Assembly (NCBI RefSeq): GCF_018350175.1
Contig: NC_058368.1
Span: forward strand, 159,218,001 to 159,282,000
DNA: 64,000 nt
Direction of reading: 5' to 3'
Origin: Felis catus
Taxonomy: Eukaryota
In this document: positions 1 through 12,967 of the stretch, in pieces
Position numbering within the stretch: the stretch's first letter is position 1
How the letters are laid out: every line of letters begins with the position of its first letter
The notes under the pieces: model-generated
Databases searched by the model: none
Told to the model about the DNA's origin: nothing
What the model saw: only the letters and a program-made list of their open reading frames with translations
Position numbers and translations under genes: made by a program

Positions 1-482
1 GATATTTTCTTTAATTTCTTCTTTGATAAAAATTGTTTATGTAGATATGTATTTATATATATTTCTATAGATTTCTTGGATATATTATACATAATATATA
101 TCTAATATATATATTCCTTATATTTAGTTTCCAAAGCCCTTTTATTCTTATCATGTTACTTTTCATAACATTGTAGCATCCTAGGTTTGTGTTACAGATG
201 CAGAATTATAATAGCTTCTCTAAGAGTATTATTTATAGATTTTTAATAAAAAATGCCTTACAATCTTTGTGTTATATATTTTCTTATAGCTTTGTTTTTC
301 CATTTATGTACTGTGTTTCTGTTCTCTGTATTTCCAATTAGAGGTCCTGTTCAAATGTCTGATCATCATGAGCTATCCACTCATTTTTAAGAATGAGACA
401 TAGGAAAGCACATTGGTCAATCTGTGTGCATGTATAGGGCTTGTTGATTAGTGGATTTAATTGAAAAGTGTTTTCAAAAGCT

Positions 483-704
483 GGGATGCTTGGGTAGCTC
501 AGTTGGTTAAGTGACTGACTTTGGCTCAGGTCATGATCTCATGGCTCATGGGTTCCAGCCCCGCATCAGGCTCTGTGCTGAACACTTGCTTGGAGCCTGC
601 TTTGGATTCTGTGTCTCCTTCTCTCTCTGTCCCTCTCCCGCTTGTGCTCTGTCACACTTTGTCTCTTAAAAATAAATAAATGTAAAACAAAAATTAAAAA
701 AAAA
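483..704 (+). mobile_element. Can-SINE (felid type)
   Basis: tRNA-like head GGGTAGCTCAGTTGGTTAAG, CT-rich body, AATAAA/poly(A) tail; TSD GAAAAGTGTTTTCA at 463-476 and 706-719. Confidence 0.93.
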
Positions 705-871
705 GGAAAAGTGTTTTCATTTGGAAATTCCTTAAAACTTTATTATTTCTTTATAGACTGGTTAGTTGTCACAGGAAGTAATTGCAGCCTCCTATCTTGA
801 AAATATTATCCTGGCTGCCAGGTTTCTTGGAGAAGGAAGAGGAAAGGAAACCAGTACAATATATAGAATTC

Positions 872-1072
872 TTTTTTTTTAATGAGATAAAATTTATATA
901 TAAGAAAATGCACAGATTTTACATGTAGAGTCCAATGACTCTCATAAAAAGTTAAGATATCTGTAACCTCTCCCTCAAATACAGAATTTATTCATCACCC
1001 TAGAAAGTTCCCTGTTGTCCCTGGCTCATCGGTTGCGTCTGCACAGAGGTAACTTCCATGCTGATTTCTATT
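872..1072 (-). mobile_element. Old L1 (L1ME-like) 3' end fragment
   Basis: T-tract followed by AATGAGATAAAATTTATATATAAGAAAATGCACAGAT...CATCACCCTAGAAAGTTCCCT, a typical L1ME 3'UTR in antisense. Confidence 0.7.
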
Positions 1073-4000
1073 TACCTGAACACTATAAGCTTAGCTTTCT
1101 TTTTTCTTCAGCTCATCAATTTAGTTGCCACTTGTCTCTCTGCTTTCTAAGGTTTCAAAATTGTTTTACTGCCACATCTTATCCTGTTCTCTTTCTTTGT
1201 TAATTTTCTCTTTAAATGCTTATTTTAGTGCCATTTTTGTGAGAATTTAGAAGGAAGCAGAAGTAACCATGATTAACCTTATATTTCAAATACACTTTTC
1301 AAAGTAATGTCATAATTTGTCTCACCATATTTATTTAGTTATTGAGCCATTATTCTCATATTTAATTATACAAATGAGTTAAATCTTTTACTGTTCTAAT
1401 ATTGCCATTGCTCTTTTGAGAACCTGGGTAGATATTTTGGGCTTTTTTATAGTATTACTTTTACCACTCTAATCCTTTTGTGTCAGCCACAAATAATTAT
1501 CTTTAACGTTGTTCTATCACCATAATCTTTGTTTACAGCATTAAATAACTTTTTTGCAGATTGTTTTACTTCCATTATTATTCACATCTATTAATACTAT
1601 GCCATATAAAGAGTTATTTATTGGTGTAAGTACAAGATCCCTCTGAAGATAGCTCTTGGCTGACCTTGAATATATTACTGCATGATAAAGTGGGTTGTGA
1701 CATGTCAACACATTTATTTTCCTAGTATGACCATATGTTCTCAATCTTTATAAACCAAACTAGTAAAGATATTAATATTTTATAGCCATGCAAAATATAT
1801 CACCAAAACAAATTGATTATAATTTCTTTCATAGTAAGAACTATGTGATTTATCTATCACCTTAAGTATATAGAGATAGATATGTGATATTCTATAAATG
1901 CTTAAATTATTATGGCTTTAGGTTTCATCTTCATAATAAATATTCATGGTCTTGCTTCATAGATTAACAAACTGTGGCTTATGGAGATCATAATTGCTCT
2001 AAGTTCATAAAACTATTTACTGGCAGTCAAGATTATATCCCAGTCCCTTATGGTTGATCCGGGGATTTCTTTTGAATTGCCTACTTTACCAAATGGCTGC
2101 CTACATAGGCAGATAACAGAATTAGGGGGGAAAAAAGAATGGTCATCCAGCAGAACACTGGCAATATTCCCTGAGCATCTCACAGGGAGGACTTACATAT
2201 TTATAGGTTCTTGTATCTCTCAGTGACTCTGAGACTCAAGTCCAAAAATTAACATAGTAATGCTTCTAAATATAGGGGAATGTTGTGGTTTTGTCATAAT
2301 CAGGAAGCTTTACTATAACTGACTAAAGAGTAGGGGGTTCCTGCTTCAGAATCAAGGCCCTGAGTTGCACAGGTCTTAGTCTTTATACTTCAGTGATTAC
2401 CTAGCCTTGTCCCCTTCCCCCATTCTGATTAACACATCCAATGAAATGTGGTGCATTGAATCAGGCATTTCAAGAATACAGATTATCTTAATGAAATATA
2501 AAAAAATCTTGGTGGGACAAATTTCCAGAGATCAATAATGTTCTTAGTGAAGTAACAGAGCTACCGCAAGGTCACCTACAGGGGCACCAAAAAGAAACTC
2601 TGAACAAGACACAGCACTCCCTAGAGATTGGTCTTATCATGGGCTGTCTTGACTCTGTGTTCAGTTGTTCAGAATAAGTCAACAGTGAGGAATATGAGAG
2701 CAGTCAACTTAGTACTACCTACCAATGCCTGATACCAATAAAGTAAAAGTCACAATGTTAACCCTCACAAGTTTGGCTGATTTGAATCCTGCCTTCTTGC
2801 TCTTTGACTCTTCCTTGTTTCTCCATCCTCAAAGAAAGCCTTTAATCTAGCTAATAACAGTTTTTTCCCATAGACTCTAAGTGCAAAGAAGCCAACTAAG
2901 CCTGCCATTAGGCTGGTGAACAGAAGAAAAAGGCATACAATATGTGTAAGTGAATATTTTATAATATTGGTTATAAGTCTATAAATTGGAAATAAGTATC
3001 CAAAAAAAAAGTAACTAAAGCCATATAATAAAGTATTATCCAGCTATTATAGAGATGATCTAGAATTAAATTCTCAGGACCCTAACATATACTTGATACA
3101 TGAATCATGCTACTTTATGGAATGTAGAATACTATCTATATCTAATTTGTGTGTGTATGTAAGTATATTTGCAAACAGAGATATGGAAGGATTATGTCCA
3201 ATATATTACAAGTAATTGTTATTGGTCAAATTTAGGTTGATAGTCACTTTTCCTCATTATTATATTCCATTATTTATTTTCAAAAATCAAATAGAATATG
3301 TATATAAGTCATATAAATACAAAATATGAAGTAACTTTCTTATTTTTCACATGGGTTGCTTCAGTAACACTGGTGGTATTCATAGACTCTATCTTGCCAC
3401 TTTGTAAGTACAATTTTTTTTCTAGTAGATTTCATGCGCAATCCAGGAATGAAGCTCAAAACTGAAAGTCATTTAGGATTGACAGCACCCAAATGAAACA
3501 AAGAAAAAAATATCTCCCACACTTAGTCATTTTATATTGAGTTATTGAGTTATATGTAGTTACTAGAGTTATTTTTATACAATTGTTGACAATTTTAAAT
3601 GTAGCACTTTGTAGACAGCGTCCTGGGTAAAACTATTTCAAAGCAGGTAGGTGGAGAATCATCACCCAACTCTATCCTGGTGTCTTGATCACTGGGCCTA
3701 GATTTGCTTTTGCTTTATCATGTATAGAACATAATTTGAATGTTTGACTCTTACAGTTGGAAGCACTTTAGTCCAGTGCAGTGAAACAAGACATCGAATG
3801 GTTCCAAGCCAGCTAAGAATTGGTATGTGAGAAAGAAATAGCTTTGCAGAGTCTTATATTAATTGCTACAATTTGATTTAGAACTAGCACCATTTTGCTA
3901 GACTTAAACAAGATTATTTAAAGCAAATTACCCTGAATTATCACTGATAGTATTCCCATAGAATTTGGATTTTGTTTGCTACTGCAGGTGCACATGAAGA

Positions 4001-4464
4001 TACCTAGTTGTACATTGTTTCAGCTTTTGGATCTGTCGTTATGAGCTAAACAATAGAAAATCAAGTTTCTTGATTCCAAAACTCCAACAGGTGCATCCAC
4101 CTATAAATCAAAAGCCCAAGTCAAAAATAGTTGTACCACTGATATACTCACAGCTCTGGAGACAATCTCTGAAGTATTTACACTATGGTGTGTTGAATCT
4201 TCTGAGTGACCCATTGAACAAAATACATGCAAATTATAAAGTTACATTTCACCAATGAAACCAATGCCTATAAGACTGAGCTGTTTCCTTTAGGACTTGT
4301 TTCCTCACATAGTTTTGTTTTCCTTCTAGTGTAGCCTTTTAATATTAGTGGGAACTTTCAATATTGAAAGTGTGCCTAAGAAAAAAGTGTATTCAGGGGC
4401 AAATTTCTTACTTCCAATAGGATTTCTTGCATTGGAAGGAAATGCAAGTTACAATAGAAGCCAG

Positions 4465-4570
4465 CATTTGCCAAATATTTATCAAATTTCTACTCTATGC
4501 CAGGATCTCTGCCAGTCCCTAGGGAAAAATAGCACAATGGACAGGGTGCCTGCTATGATGACACTTTGAT
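4465..4570 (-). mobile_element. L2 3' end fragment
   Basis: CAAATATTTATCAAATTTCTACTCTATGCCAGG resembles the antisense L2 3' terminus. Confidence 0.55.
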
Positions 4571-4654
4571 CCCCATGAAATATAGTTGCTTTTAGGTGTT
4601 AACAGGACATTACTTTGAAAAGAACACACTTCAAGGTAGGCTGACAGGATACCC

Positions 4655-4845
4655 TTTTTCTACCACTTACTAATGAGTGCACATGGGAGCGTAGCTATAC
4701 TTAGATTCACTTTCCTCATTTATGAAATGTGGACGATGATAGTTCTTGACTCAAAGGGTTGTTCAGCAAATGAAATGAGTTAATACATACCAAGTGCTTA
4801 GAATAGTCAAAGCACATGCTAAAAATTCAATTAATGTTGGCTGTT
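4655..4845 (+). mobile_element. MIR
   Basis: Core TTTCCTCATTTATGAAATG and tail AAGTGCTTAGAATAGT. Confidence 0.75.
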
Positions 4846-5177
4846 TTTTAAAGCTGAAACTTCATTTGTGTTATTTAGGCAATCAGGAATGGTTTGCAAA
4901 TATTTCCCCTCAAGATTCTGTGGATAGAGATAGAGGTGGTTCTTATTGGAAGTTGCACAGGCTAGTTATCCGATCCTTTACACTACAAAACCTTGAGCCT
5001 TTAATATTCATTTCTGATTCATTGCTTACTCAGCTGTTAACTTTCTTCAGGTGATTATTTTTTTTCTCAAGTGATTATTTTAAAGGTGCATTTTCTGAAC
5101 TTATGACTGACCATGTCCTTCTGCTACATTTCCATATAGAAGACAATTGTAGTGACTATACAGATCTTGGGGATGAC

Positions 5178-5611
5178 TGTGGCAGCTGCTGTTGGAGCCT
5201 GCTCAGATCCCTTCAGCACTTAGATTTCATTCAGTGCACAATACCTAGGCTTCCCATTGCTAGTATTTGCATCTCTTTCCATGAGTTCTTTCTTTAGCTG
5301 GCAGATCTCACCTTGCTTACTTTGCCTGTATAGCAGTGAGTGGGAAATGAAATTAATACTGCTCAGAGGCAGTGCTCCACCAATGAGGAAATTCTCATTT
5401 CCTTGAGAATAGGATGACTCTTCATTACATGTTTTGTATTATTTCTCAGTTTCCTAGAAGGATAAGATGCAATTACCCCTGGAGAAGACTTGCACCCAAT
5501 TTCTTTCCTGTCTTACTTTTGTATTCCCTTTCGATATTTCTTGGTATCATCTCCTAATAAATTATGCAATTTTTTTCTGAGTTGCTATTTAGAAGAATCT
5601 AATTTTAAGAC
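5178..5611 (+). mobile_element. LTR16-like ERVL solo LTR
   Basis: Starts TGTGGCAGCTGCTGTTGGAGCCTGCTCAGATCCC; has AATAAA near 5556 and ends ...GAAGAATCTAATTTTAAGAC, like LTR16 termini. Confidence 0.6.
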
Positions 5612-7189
5612 CATTCATTTACTTTGAAAACTCTATAAACCTTGTCCATTTTCTTGTTGAATCTAGAGTTGCAGAGAGTCTTCAATATTCATTGCTACTT
5701 ATCATTTGTCCTTTATCCTCATAATTCCAAAAGTTGTCAGCATGTTTATAGATATGGGTCTTTTTTCCTTTTATATTTTCTGGAAGTTTTTGAATTTTAA
5801 TCTGTATATTCAGATTTGTAGCTATCACTAAGAGTTTTCCTCTATTAAACATTTATTATTATTTCTGTTCTAGTTCTGGTCTCATTTTCAGAAATATCTA
5901 TAATTCTGGCACATATTATCCTCTAGTTCTAATATTCTCAGTCTAGTTATCTCTGACATTCAGGAATTTTTCTCCCTGCATGTAAGGAGAGTTTGCTTAT
6001 CTTTCATGTAATTGATTTCATTTCCTAGTATAAGTTATGTTGTTTTCACAACTTCCAGAGAATTTTGTTTTCACTTACCCTGCAATTATTTTCATTATCA
6101 CTCTTTTTATCACAAGGCAAAGTCCTTTATTTCTACTACTCAAGATGCGTATCTGCTCTTGTTACCTAGAGATCATGACATTTAGTGTCTTACTAAGGTG
6201 AACTTATTTTCTCCAAACTTTTGAAATATTTTCAGGTTTCTGTTAGAAACTCCCTTGGTCTACAGTAACAGTTTCCAGTATCTCATATAGTATTTCTTTG
6301 GAAATACAAGAGAAATCTATCCTGAGTATGTAGTTTGTCACATGCTGATTTGTGAATTGCCATTTTCCCTCTCTTTCTGCCTTTATACTGGTGAAATTCC
6401 TCTTCAGTTCTACACTTCAATAGTCTAAAGATAGGCCCAGCTCTTAGTTTCATTTCTAGAGGCTGGATTTTATCTGTTAGTGCTTGCCTGGCCTGAGATG
6501 AAAACTTAACAGGATTCCATTGTTTATCTCTCTGATATTCAAAACATGTGGAATACATGAACACAATTCTTATGTGTATGTATATGCATTACATATGTAT
6601 TTCCTGTCTTATTTGAAAAAAATATTTATGATAACTCAGTCCCAATATAGCAGGTGTCGCTCTGTGTCCAATCCTGTTTATAGCACTTTAGTTTGGTAAC
6701 ACACATGTATACCACACATGTATAAAATGTACCTCTTCAGGCAGCCTTCTTTCTCTGTAGTTTTTCTTTTCCTTTTCATTCTTTTTTTTTCCCCCATGAA
6801 AGTTGCAATGCCTGAATCTGTGTAGGTACAGGTGAACAAATGGGCTCTAAGATCAACTACTCAAAGGCAGTTATACCATAAAAGGATTTCTACTCATTTT
6901 TCTAATTTCTTCCTCAGAGGTCAAATGTTTATACTAGCTATTTTGTATTAGCATAATAAAATGGTAGGCGAGTGGGCAATTATAATTTTTATTTCAGGTG
7001 TATTACTCTTTATGATAGAAATTATATGTATATTTTTGAAATATTGATTGTGTTATGATATTGTCTTCTTTCATCTCTTTGTAACATTTCAATTAGTAGA
7101 AATTTCATGATACTGCATTAGGGGATGCCAACCACTTTAAACTGGAAGTTGGAAACTTTAGCTTTCTAAAGAAAAAAGGTAGGAAAACT

Positions 7190-7400
7190 GATGGCCTGAA
7201 GTCAGAAAGAAATGAGTTTAAATCTGGACTCAAACACTTAACATCCCTGTTAATGTGACCAAATTCAACTCCCTGAGCCTCAAATTCCTCACATAAAATG
7301 TGAATAATAATATTTACTACACAAAACTGTTGAGATAAGATAATATTTTGTAAAGTGCTTAGCACAGTGTCTAACACAAAAGCACTGGATAAGCATGCTA
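7190..7400 (+). mobile_element. MIR
   Basis: CCCTGAGCCTCAAATTCCTCACATAAAATG core; TGTAAAGTGCTTAGCACAGTGTCT tail. Confidence 0.8.
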
Positions 7401-8119
7401 CCATTCGGCCCTGAAGCTGTCTGCCTGTGAGAGAACTTATTTTGGATGGCATCAGTGTACCTCATATTTAACCTATTCTAAACCAAATCTATTATCAACT
7501 GCCATGTCTGCAACCCATTTCTCTTCCAGAGTTCCTTTCTGTGTGCGTATTCAGTAAAACCCCCAAGAAACTAGTGAAATGACCTGTCACACCTTGTCTA
7601 TACTATCCCATCAATGTTATATCAAACTACACAAGAGATATAAAATGTCATTCAAATTGTGTGGTCTCTCTGAAGCTTCATTTTCCTATCTTCAAGAAAG
7701 AGGGAAAGTCCAGGTGATTTTTGATGTCATTTTCACCTTAAAATGTCTGTGCTTTCAAATAAAAATGAGGTGCACCTAAAGACTTTCAGTTTTGGTGGGG
7801 GAAAAAGGAATAAACCCAGCAGGTTAGTTATATCCTTAGAAATATCCTAGATAACTTTTTTTGTTTTTTGGCATTTTGTTTTTACTGTAAAGTTTATTTG
7901 ATACTGGATCAAATGCTACATTATATTGTTAACATTTTCATATATGAAAACTACTTGTTCCTAATTAGATTATACGTCCCATGATCTATAAGATCCTGAC
8001 TTATATTCATTTTTTTTTGCTAGTCATAGAAAGCTCTCAGTAAATATTTATAGAATTAATGGACTACATTTGTAGAATTAAAAATCTCTGCAGGCAGAGA
8101 TATATCTTAGATTATTTTA

Positions 8120-9035
8120 TTACACAAATCTTTTTGTAGACATATGGTTTTGTTTATCTCAGAATATCTGGGAGCAGAATTGTTAGATCATTATTGGTTC
8201 ATTATAAGTAATTGGGAAAACTTTTTTCAAAGCTGTTGTAGCATTTACACTTGCACAAAACAATATGAGAGTTGCATTTTTCCATCTCTTCGTCAACATT
8301 TGATGTTGTTAGTCTTTTAATTTTAAGAAACCCTAGCATGTGTACAGTGGCATCTTAATGTCATATGTTCAAGTCTTTGCCTATTTTTAAAGTTTATTTA
8401 TGTATTTTGAGAGAGAGTGCACATGCAAGTGGGGGAGGGGCAGAGAGAGAGGGAGAGAAAGAATTCCAAGTAGGCTTCATGTTGTCAGCACAGATCCCCA
8501 TGGGGCTCATACTTACCAGCTGTGATATCATGACCTGAGCCAAAATCAAGAGTTGGTCTGTTAACTGCCTGAGCTACCCAGGTGCCCATTTTCTATTTGT
8601 TATTGAACTGTTGGTCCTTTTATTACAGAATTGTGAGGGTTTCTTTATATATTCTGGGTACAAATCCTTGGTGAGATATATTTATTAATATTTTCTCTGT
8701 CTGAAGCTTGCTTGCTAATTTTCTCAGTGGCCTCTTTTGATGAGCAGAATTTTAAATTTTTACATTTTTTTCTTTTATGATTGTTGCTTTTTATAATCTA
8801 AGATATCTGTATTTTACCTCCCAATAATGAACATTTTCTTCTAGAAGCTTTTGCCTAGGTGTCTGATCCAATACATACCATTAATTTTTGTATTTAATTG
8901 AGATATGGATTAAGGTTCATATTTTTCCTATGCAGGTATCCAATTGTTCCATTACCACTTACTGAAAATACAGTTCTTTCCCTACTGAATTGCTTTGGTG
9001 ACTTAATTGAAGATCAGTTAATTATGTTAGTATGG
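8120..9035 (-). mobile_element. Old L1M ORF2 3' region fragment, interrupted by a SINE
   Basis: Antisense L1 motifs such as TTCTTTATATATTCTGGGTACAAATCCTT and TATCCAATTGTTCCATTACCACTTACTGAAAA. Confidence 0.75.
8384..8587 (-). mobile_element. Can-SINE
   Basis: Reverse head ...TCATGACCTGAGCC...CTGAGCTACCCAGGTGCCC; T-rich tail on the left. Confidence 0.92.
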
Positions 9036-9212
9036 ACTAATTCATTCAACTATTTTCTTCCTTAACAGATTGTTTTGGTTTGAAGAGTATTTACTATTGA
9101 CTTAAATGCGCAACACAGAATAACTACTTTTATATTAAGCTTGAAAGTTACCCTTTGTGGATTATATACACTTTCTTAACAAAGAAGTGTTTACATTTTA
9201 AAAGCCTTCTTA

Positions 9213-9425
9213 AGGGCTCTTGGGTGGCTCATCTGTTAAGCGTCCGACTTTGGCTCTGGTCGTGATCTCACAGTTCGTGGATTCGAGAGCCCTGCGTCGT
9301 GCTCTCTGCTGACAGCTCAGAGCCTGGAGCCTGCTTCGGATTCTGTGTCTCCCTCTCTTTCTGCTCCTCTGCCACTCATACTCCCCCACTCTCTCTAAAA
9401 AAATAAACATTAAAAAAATTGTTAA
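9213..9425 (+). mobile_element. Can-SINE (SINEC_Fc-like)
   Basis: TSD AAAAGCCTTCTTA at 9200-9212 and 9426-9438; felid body CTGACAGCTCAGAGCCTGGAGCCTGCTTCGGATTC. Confidence 0.95.
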
Positions 9426-9985
9426 AAAAGCCTTCTTATATTTGCATAAGGCTACATGAGAGATAATATAATAGGCAAATACGGTGGAAAGAAATAGCAA
9501 GAGATACAAGTGAGCCATAAGATTCCATGGTCAAAGTAGTTAGATAAAGTGACATAGAAAGCTAAAGATATAGACTAGATATGCTATACCAAAGAACATG
9601 GAAGGTAATTTAAAATTTTGGTAAAGAAAAATAAATCTTAGGTTCTTTGAAATATGCCCACTCCCAAAGATTTTGTGTTTTATGTTGTAGTTTTTGAATT
9701 GAATTCAGTTTGTCAGAGTGACAAGTGAGCACAAAATGCTAGTCATGATAAAAGAAAGTCGTGTAAGCCCCAGTTAACTGTTACACTTTTGCAGTTTATT
9801 GTTTCAGCCACCAAAAATAGAGAATTCTTTTCCCTCAGACGTGAATATATGGAAATCACTTTTTTTTTTTCAAGGCACTTTTCCACTTACTTGGACACTT
9901 AGTCTTTTATTTGAAGGGACACTACCTATGAATTTGGATTTTATTGGAAATTTAAGGTTGCACTGGTTTTGGTAAAAGTCTACTT

Positions 9986-10210
9986 GGGGCACCTGGGTGG
10001 CTCAGTTGGTTGAACTTCTGACTTCATCTCAGGTCATGATCTCACAGTTCATTAGTTCGAGCCCTGTGTCGGGCTCTGTGTTGACAGCTCAGAGCCTGGA
10101 GCCTACTTTGGATTCTGTGACTCCCTCACTCTCTGCCCCTCTCCCACTCACTTTCTTTCTCTCTCTCTCTCTCTCTCTGTGTCTCAAAACTAAATAAACG
10201 TTAAAAAAAA
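9986..10210 (+). mobile_element. Can-SINE (left arm of the inverted duplication)
   Basis: GGGGCACCTGGGTGGCTCAG head, (CT)n, poly(A). Confidence 0.95.
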
Positions 10211-11968
10211 TTCATGGATATTTTCAAATATACACAAAGGTAATGGGAATAGTACAACATCCCCATATAGCAATCACTTCCATCAAGATTTACTATATTT
10301 CCTTCACTTAAGCCTTTTTTTTTCTTTTCTTTGCTAAAAAAGTTTAAAAGAAATTATAGACAGCATATTACCTTTATGTCTTTCTGTCCCTGAAAAAGTA
10401 GTGCAGACAATCAGAGTGTCAGTCCTTTACATTGCAGGGTCATTCTAAATATAATTCTTAAAACTCTAAAATAATATTCTTCTATTTTTTGCACCAATTT
10501 TAGTAGTAGACATACATTAAAAACTTTTTAAATATCTCAATGAAGAAGGAAAGAAAGCTTTGAATTAAATGAGAGAACAAGAATAGCTCCATAAAAATTT
10601 GTATCTTTAGGAAGTTGGATAGATGATAAGAATTTACTCATTTCTAATGGCATAGAATAACCACAAAAGCCAGTATCTCCTGGAAAGCAGTAGAAGCAAG
10701 GGAAAAAAAGGTAGAAGGTAATCCCACATGTATGTATCACCATTGGTTTAAACTCCAGTGGGGCTGAGGATCAGGGCAAGGGATCCTTAATGCCGGTAAT
10801 GAGTAAAGTCCTCATTAAGTTGTGGTTAAAGGCCACCCAAGATCACCATTCTTTCTCATTTGACAAACAGGTGTTGGTTTTAGACTTTTTTTAAGTTTAT
10901 TTTTAAATGAAGAGACCTGATGCTATGGTTAGAAAAGATAGAAAATGTTCCCCATATCTAGATTTAATAATTCCCCGTAACACTAGGAATTTTCAGAGCC
11001 AAGAATCTTGCCTCTCCCTATAGTCCATTTATAAAATAGCATTCCATAAATAAATCACAAAAATCCTAAAATAAGACCATCAAATACATCAGTTAATAAT
11101 GTGCCTATAAAAAACAAACACATCTTTTCAGGCCTGTGTTTTGTGTTTTATAGATCATAAAGTCAGTTCCTTCTCCTGAGATGAAGTGAAAAATTAATGT
11201 CATAAAGTACCTAACTATGCTGAATTTTATCCTACAGGAAAAAATAGGACTTCACTATTTTATTTTTATTTTGTACTAAATTGAAATTCAGCTTTAAAAA
11301 TATTTCTGCTACTTTATAGTAGCATGCCATTATATATGAAGCATTGAACTCCTACAACTGCATAAAAAACAGTTAACATTAGTGAAATCAACTACCTCTT
11401 TAGGAATAAAAGGAAGTCATTCCTGAAATGATGTATTTAACAATGACAGAATAGACATTTGTCTCAAAAAGGCAAATTCATTAGTAATAATTATGCATGC
11501 AATATTAAAGGTTTTATTTACTATTAAAGTACTATTTTTGGCAAATGTTAAGGAAATACAAAAAATGATTGGCATAGAGAAAAATGAGGATCTAAATTGA
11601 TAAGCAACCCCAGGAGATACCCAACTTCTTTTACAAAAGCTATCAGCCAAAAATAGCTATTTTTTAAGAAGGTAATTTTTCTCCAAAAAGATCAATCAAA
11701 TATATGCTTCATTTAAGCATTCATTAACTGTAGTCAGTTTGCCATTAATTTAATTTGTATCTACAGAGTCTGTGGAAGAAATAGATGGAAAATGACAAAC
11801 TGACTGACAGCACTACATGCCTGCTTATCTGCAATCCATAATATACAGCAGATTCATGAAGCATGTGTAGAACATGGCACACGACAACAAATCTCTGGAC
11901 AAGAGAATGGGTCATTTATACAGCTGATTTTTCAGTATCCCATAATGAATTACTGTTAATTAGACTTT

Positions 11969-12173
11969 AAATTCTTTTTAATATTTATTTATTTTTGAGA
12001 GAGAGAGCACGAGCGGGGAGGGACAGAGAGAGAGGGAGACACAGAATCCAAAGCAAGCTTCAGGCTCTGAGCTGTCAGCACAGAGTCCGCTGAGGGGCTC
12101 GAACTCATGAACTGTGAGATCATGACCTGAGCTGAAGTCAGAAGTTTAACCACCTGAGCCACCCGGGTGCCCC
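11969..12173 (-). mobile_element. Can-SINE (right arm of the inverted duplication)
   Basis: Reverse head ...CTGAGCCACCCGGGTGCCCC; likely TSD AATTAGACTTT (11958-11968) / AAGCAGACTTC (12174-12184). Confidence 0.95.
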
Positions 12174-12624
12174 AAGCAGACTTCTATCAAAACCAGTGCA
12201 ACTTTAAATTTTTAATAAAATCCAAATTCTTAGGTAGTGTCCCTTCAAATAAAAGATTAACCATCCAAGTAAGTGGAAAAGTGCCTTGCAGGCACAGCCA
12301 GGGTTGAGAGCCAGGAGGCTTGATTTCCAGTCTGTAGCTTTATGCAGGGTACTCACCATTACTTTGAAATCAATTGATAATCATTTCCTGTGGAGACAGG
12401 AAATATATTCAGCAAAAGGATACTTTAATATGCAGCTTACTATCAAAAGGAATGGAATTAAACTTCAATAACATAAATAAAGCCTTTCTAACATTTTATA
12501 TGTGTGGACCAATAACAGTACAAAAAACTTCCAGTTGTAATTCTAATCTTGAACATGGACGTTAAATGAATTTGGAGCATCTGGATTAAACTTAAATTCT
12601 TTACTTCCAGAAGAAATTTCTTTC

Positions 12625-12960
12625 CTTACAAAATTTTATACCAATCTATACTCCCACAAGCAATATAAGAAAGTTCTACTTGTTCCACATTTAGGTCAAT
12701 ACTTAGTATTGTTTGTCTATTTAAAATAATTTAATCATTCTACCAGGTATGGGTGTGTGTTGGTATCTCATTAAGATTTTCAACTTGCATTTCCTGATAA
12801 CTAATGATATTGAGCATCTTTTCATATACCTTTTGATTATTCATTTAGTTTATTTTATGAAATGTCTATACAAATATTTTTGCTAATTTTTACCAGAGAT
12901 AGTTTTTTGTTAAAATTGAGTTGTTCTTTGTGCATTTTAAATTCATTTAATTTTATCTTA
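12625..12960 (-). mobile_element. Old L1M fragment (end of ORF2)
   Basis: GGTATCTCATT...TTGCATTTCCTGATAACTAATGATATTGAGCATCTTTTCATAT, a classic antisense L1 motif. Confidence 0.8.
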
Positions 12961-12967
12961 TATATCA

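Larger units (their letters stand above)
9871..12288. repeat. Inverted repeat pair: 9871-10210 and 11969-12288 (115 bp unique flank plus SINE)
   Basis: 9871-9985 is the reverse complement of 12174-12288 with 11 mismatches and no gaps by manual alignment; homology continues into the adjacent SINEs. Confidence 0.95.

Noticed and set aside
6283..6564. 93-aa minus-strand ORF
   Set aside because: No recognisable homology or splice context; adjacent to decayed HAL1/L1-like sequence.
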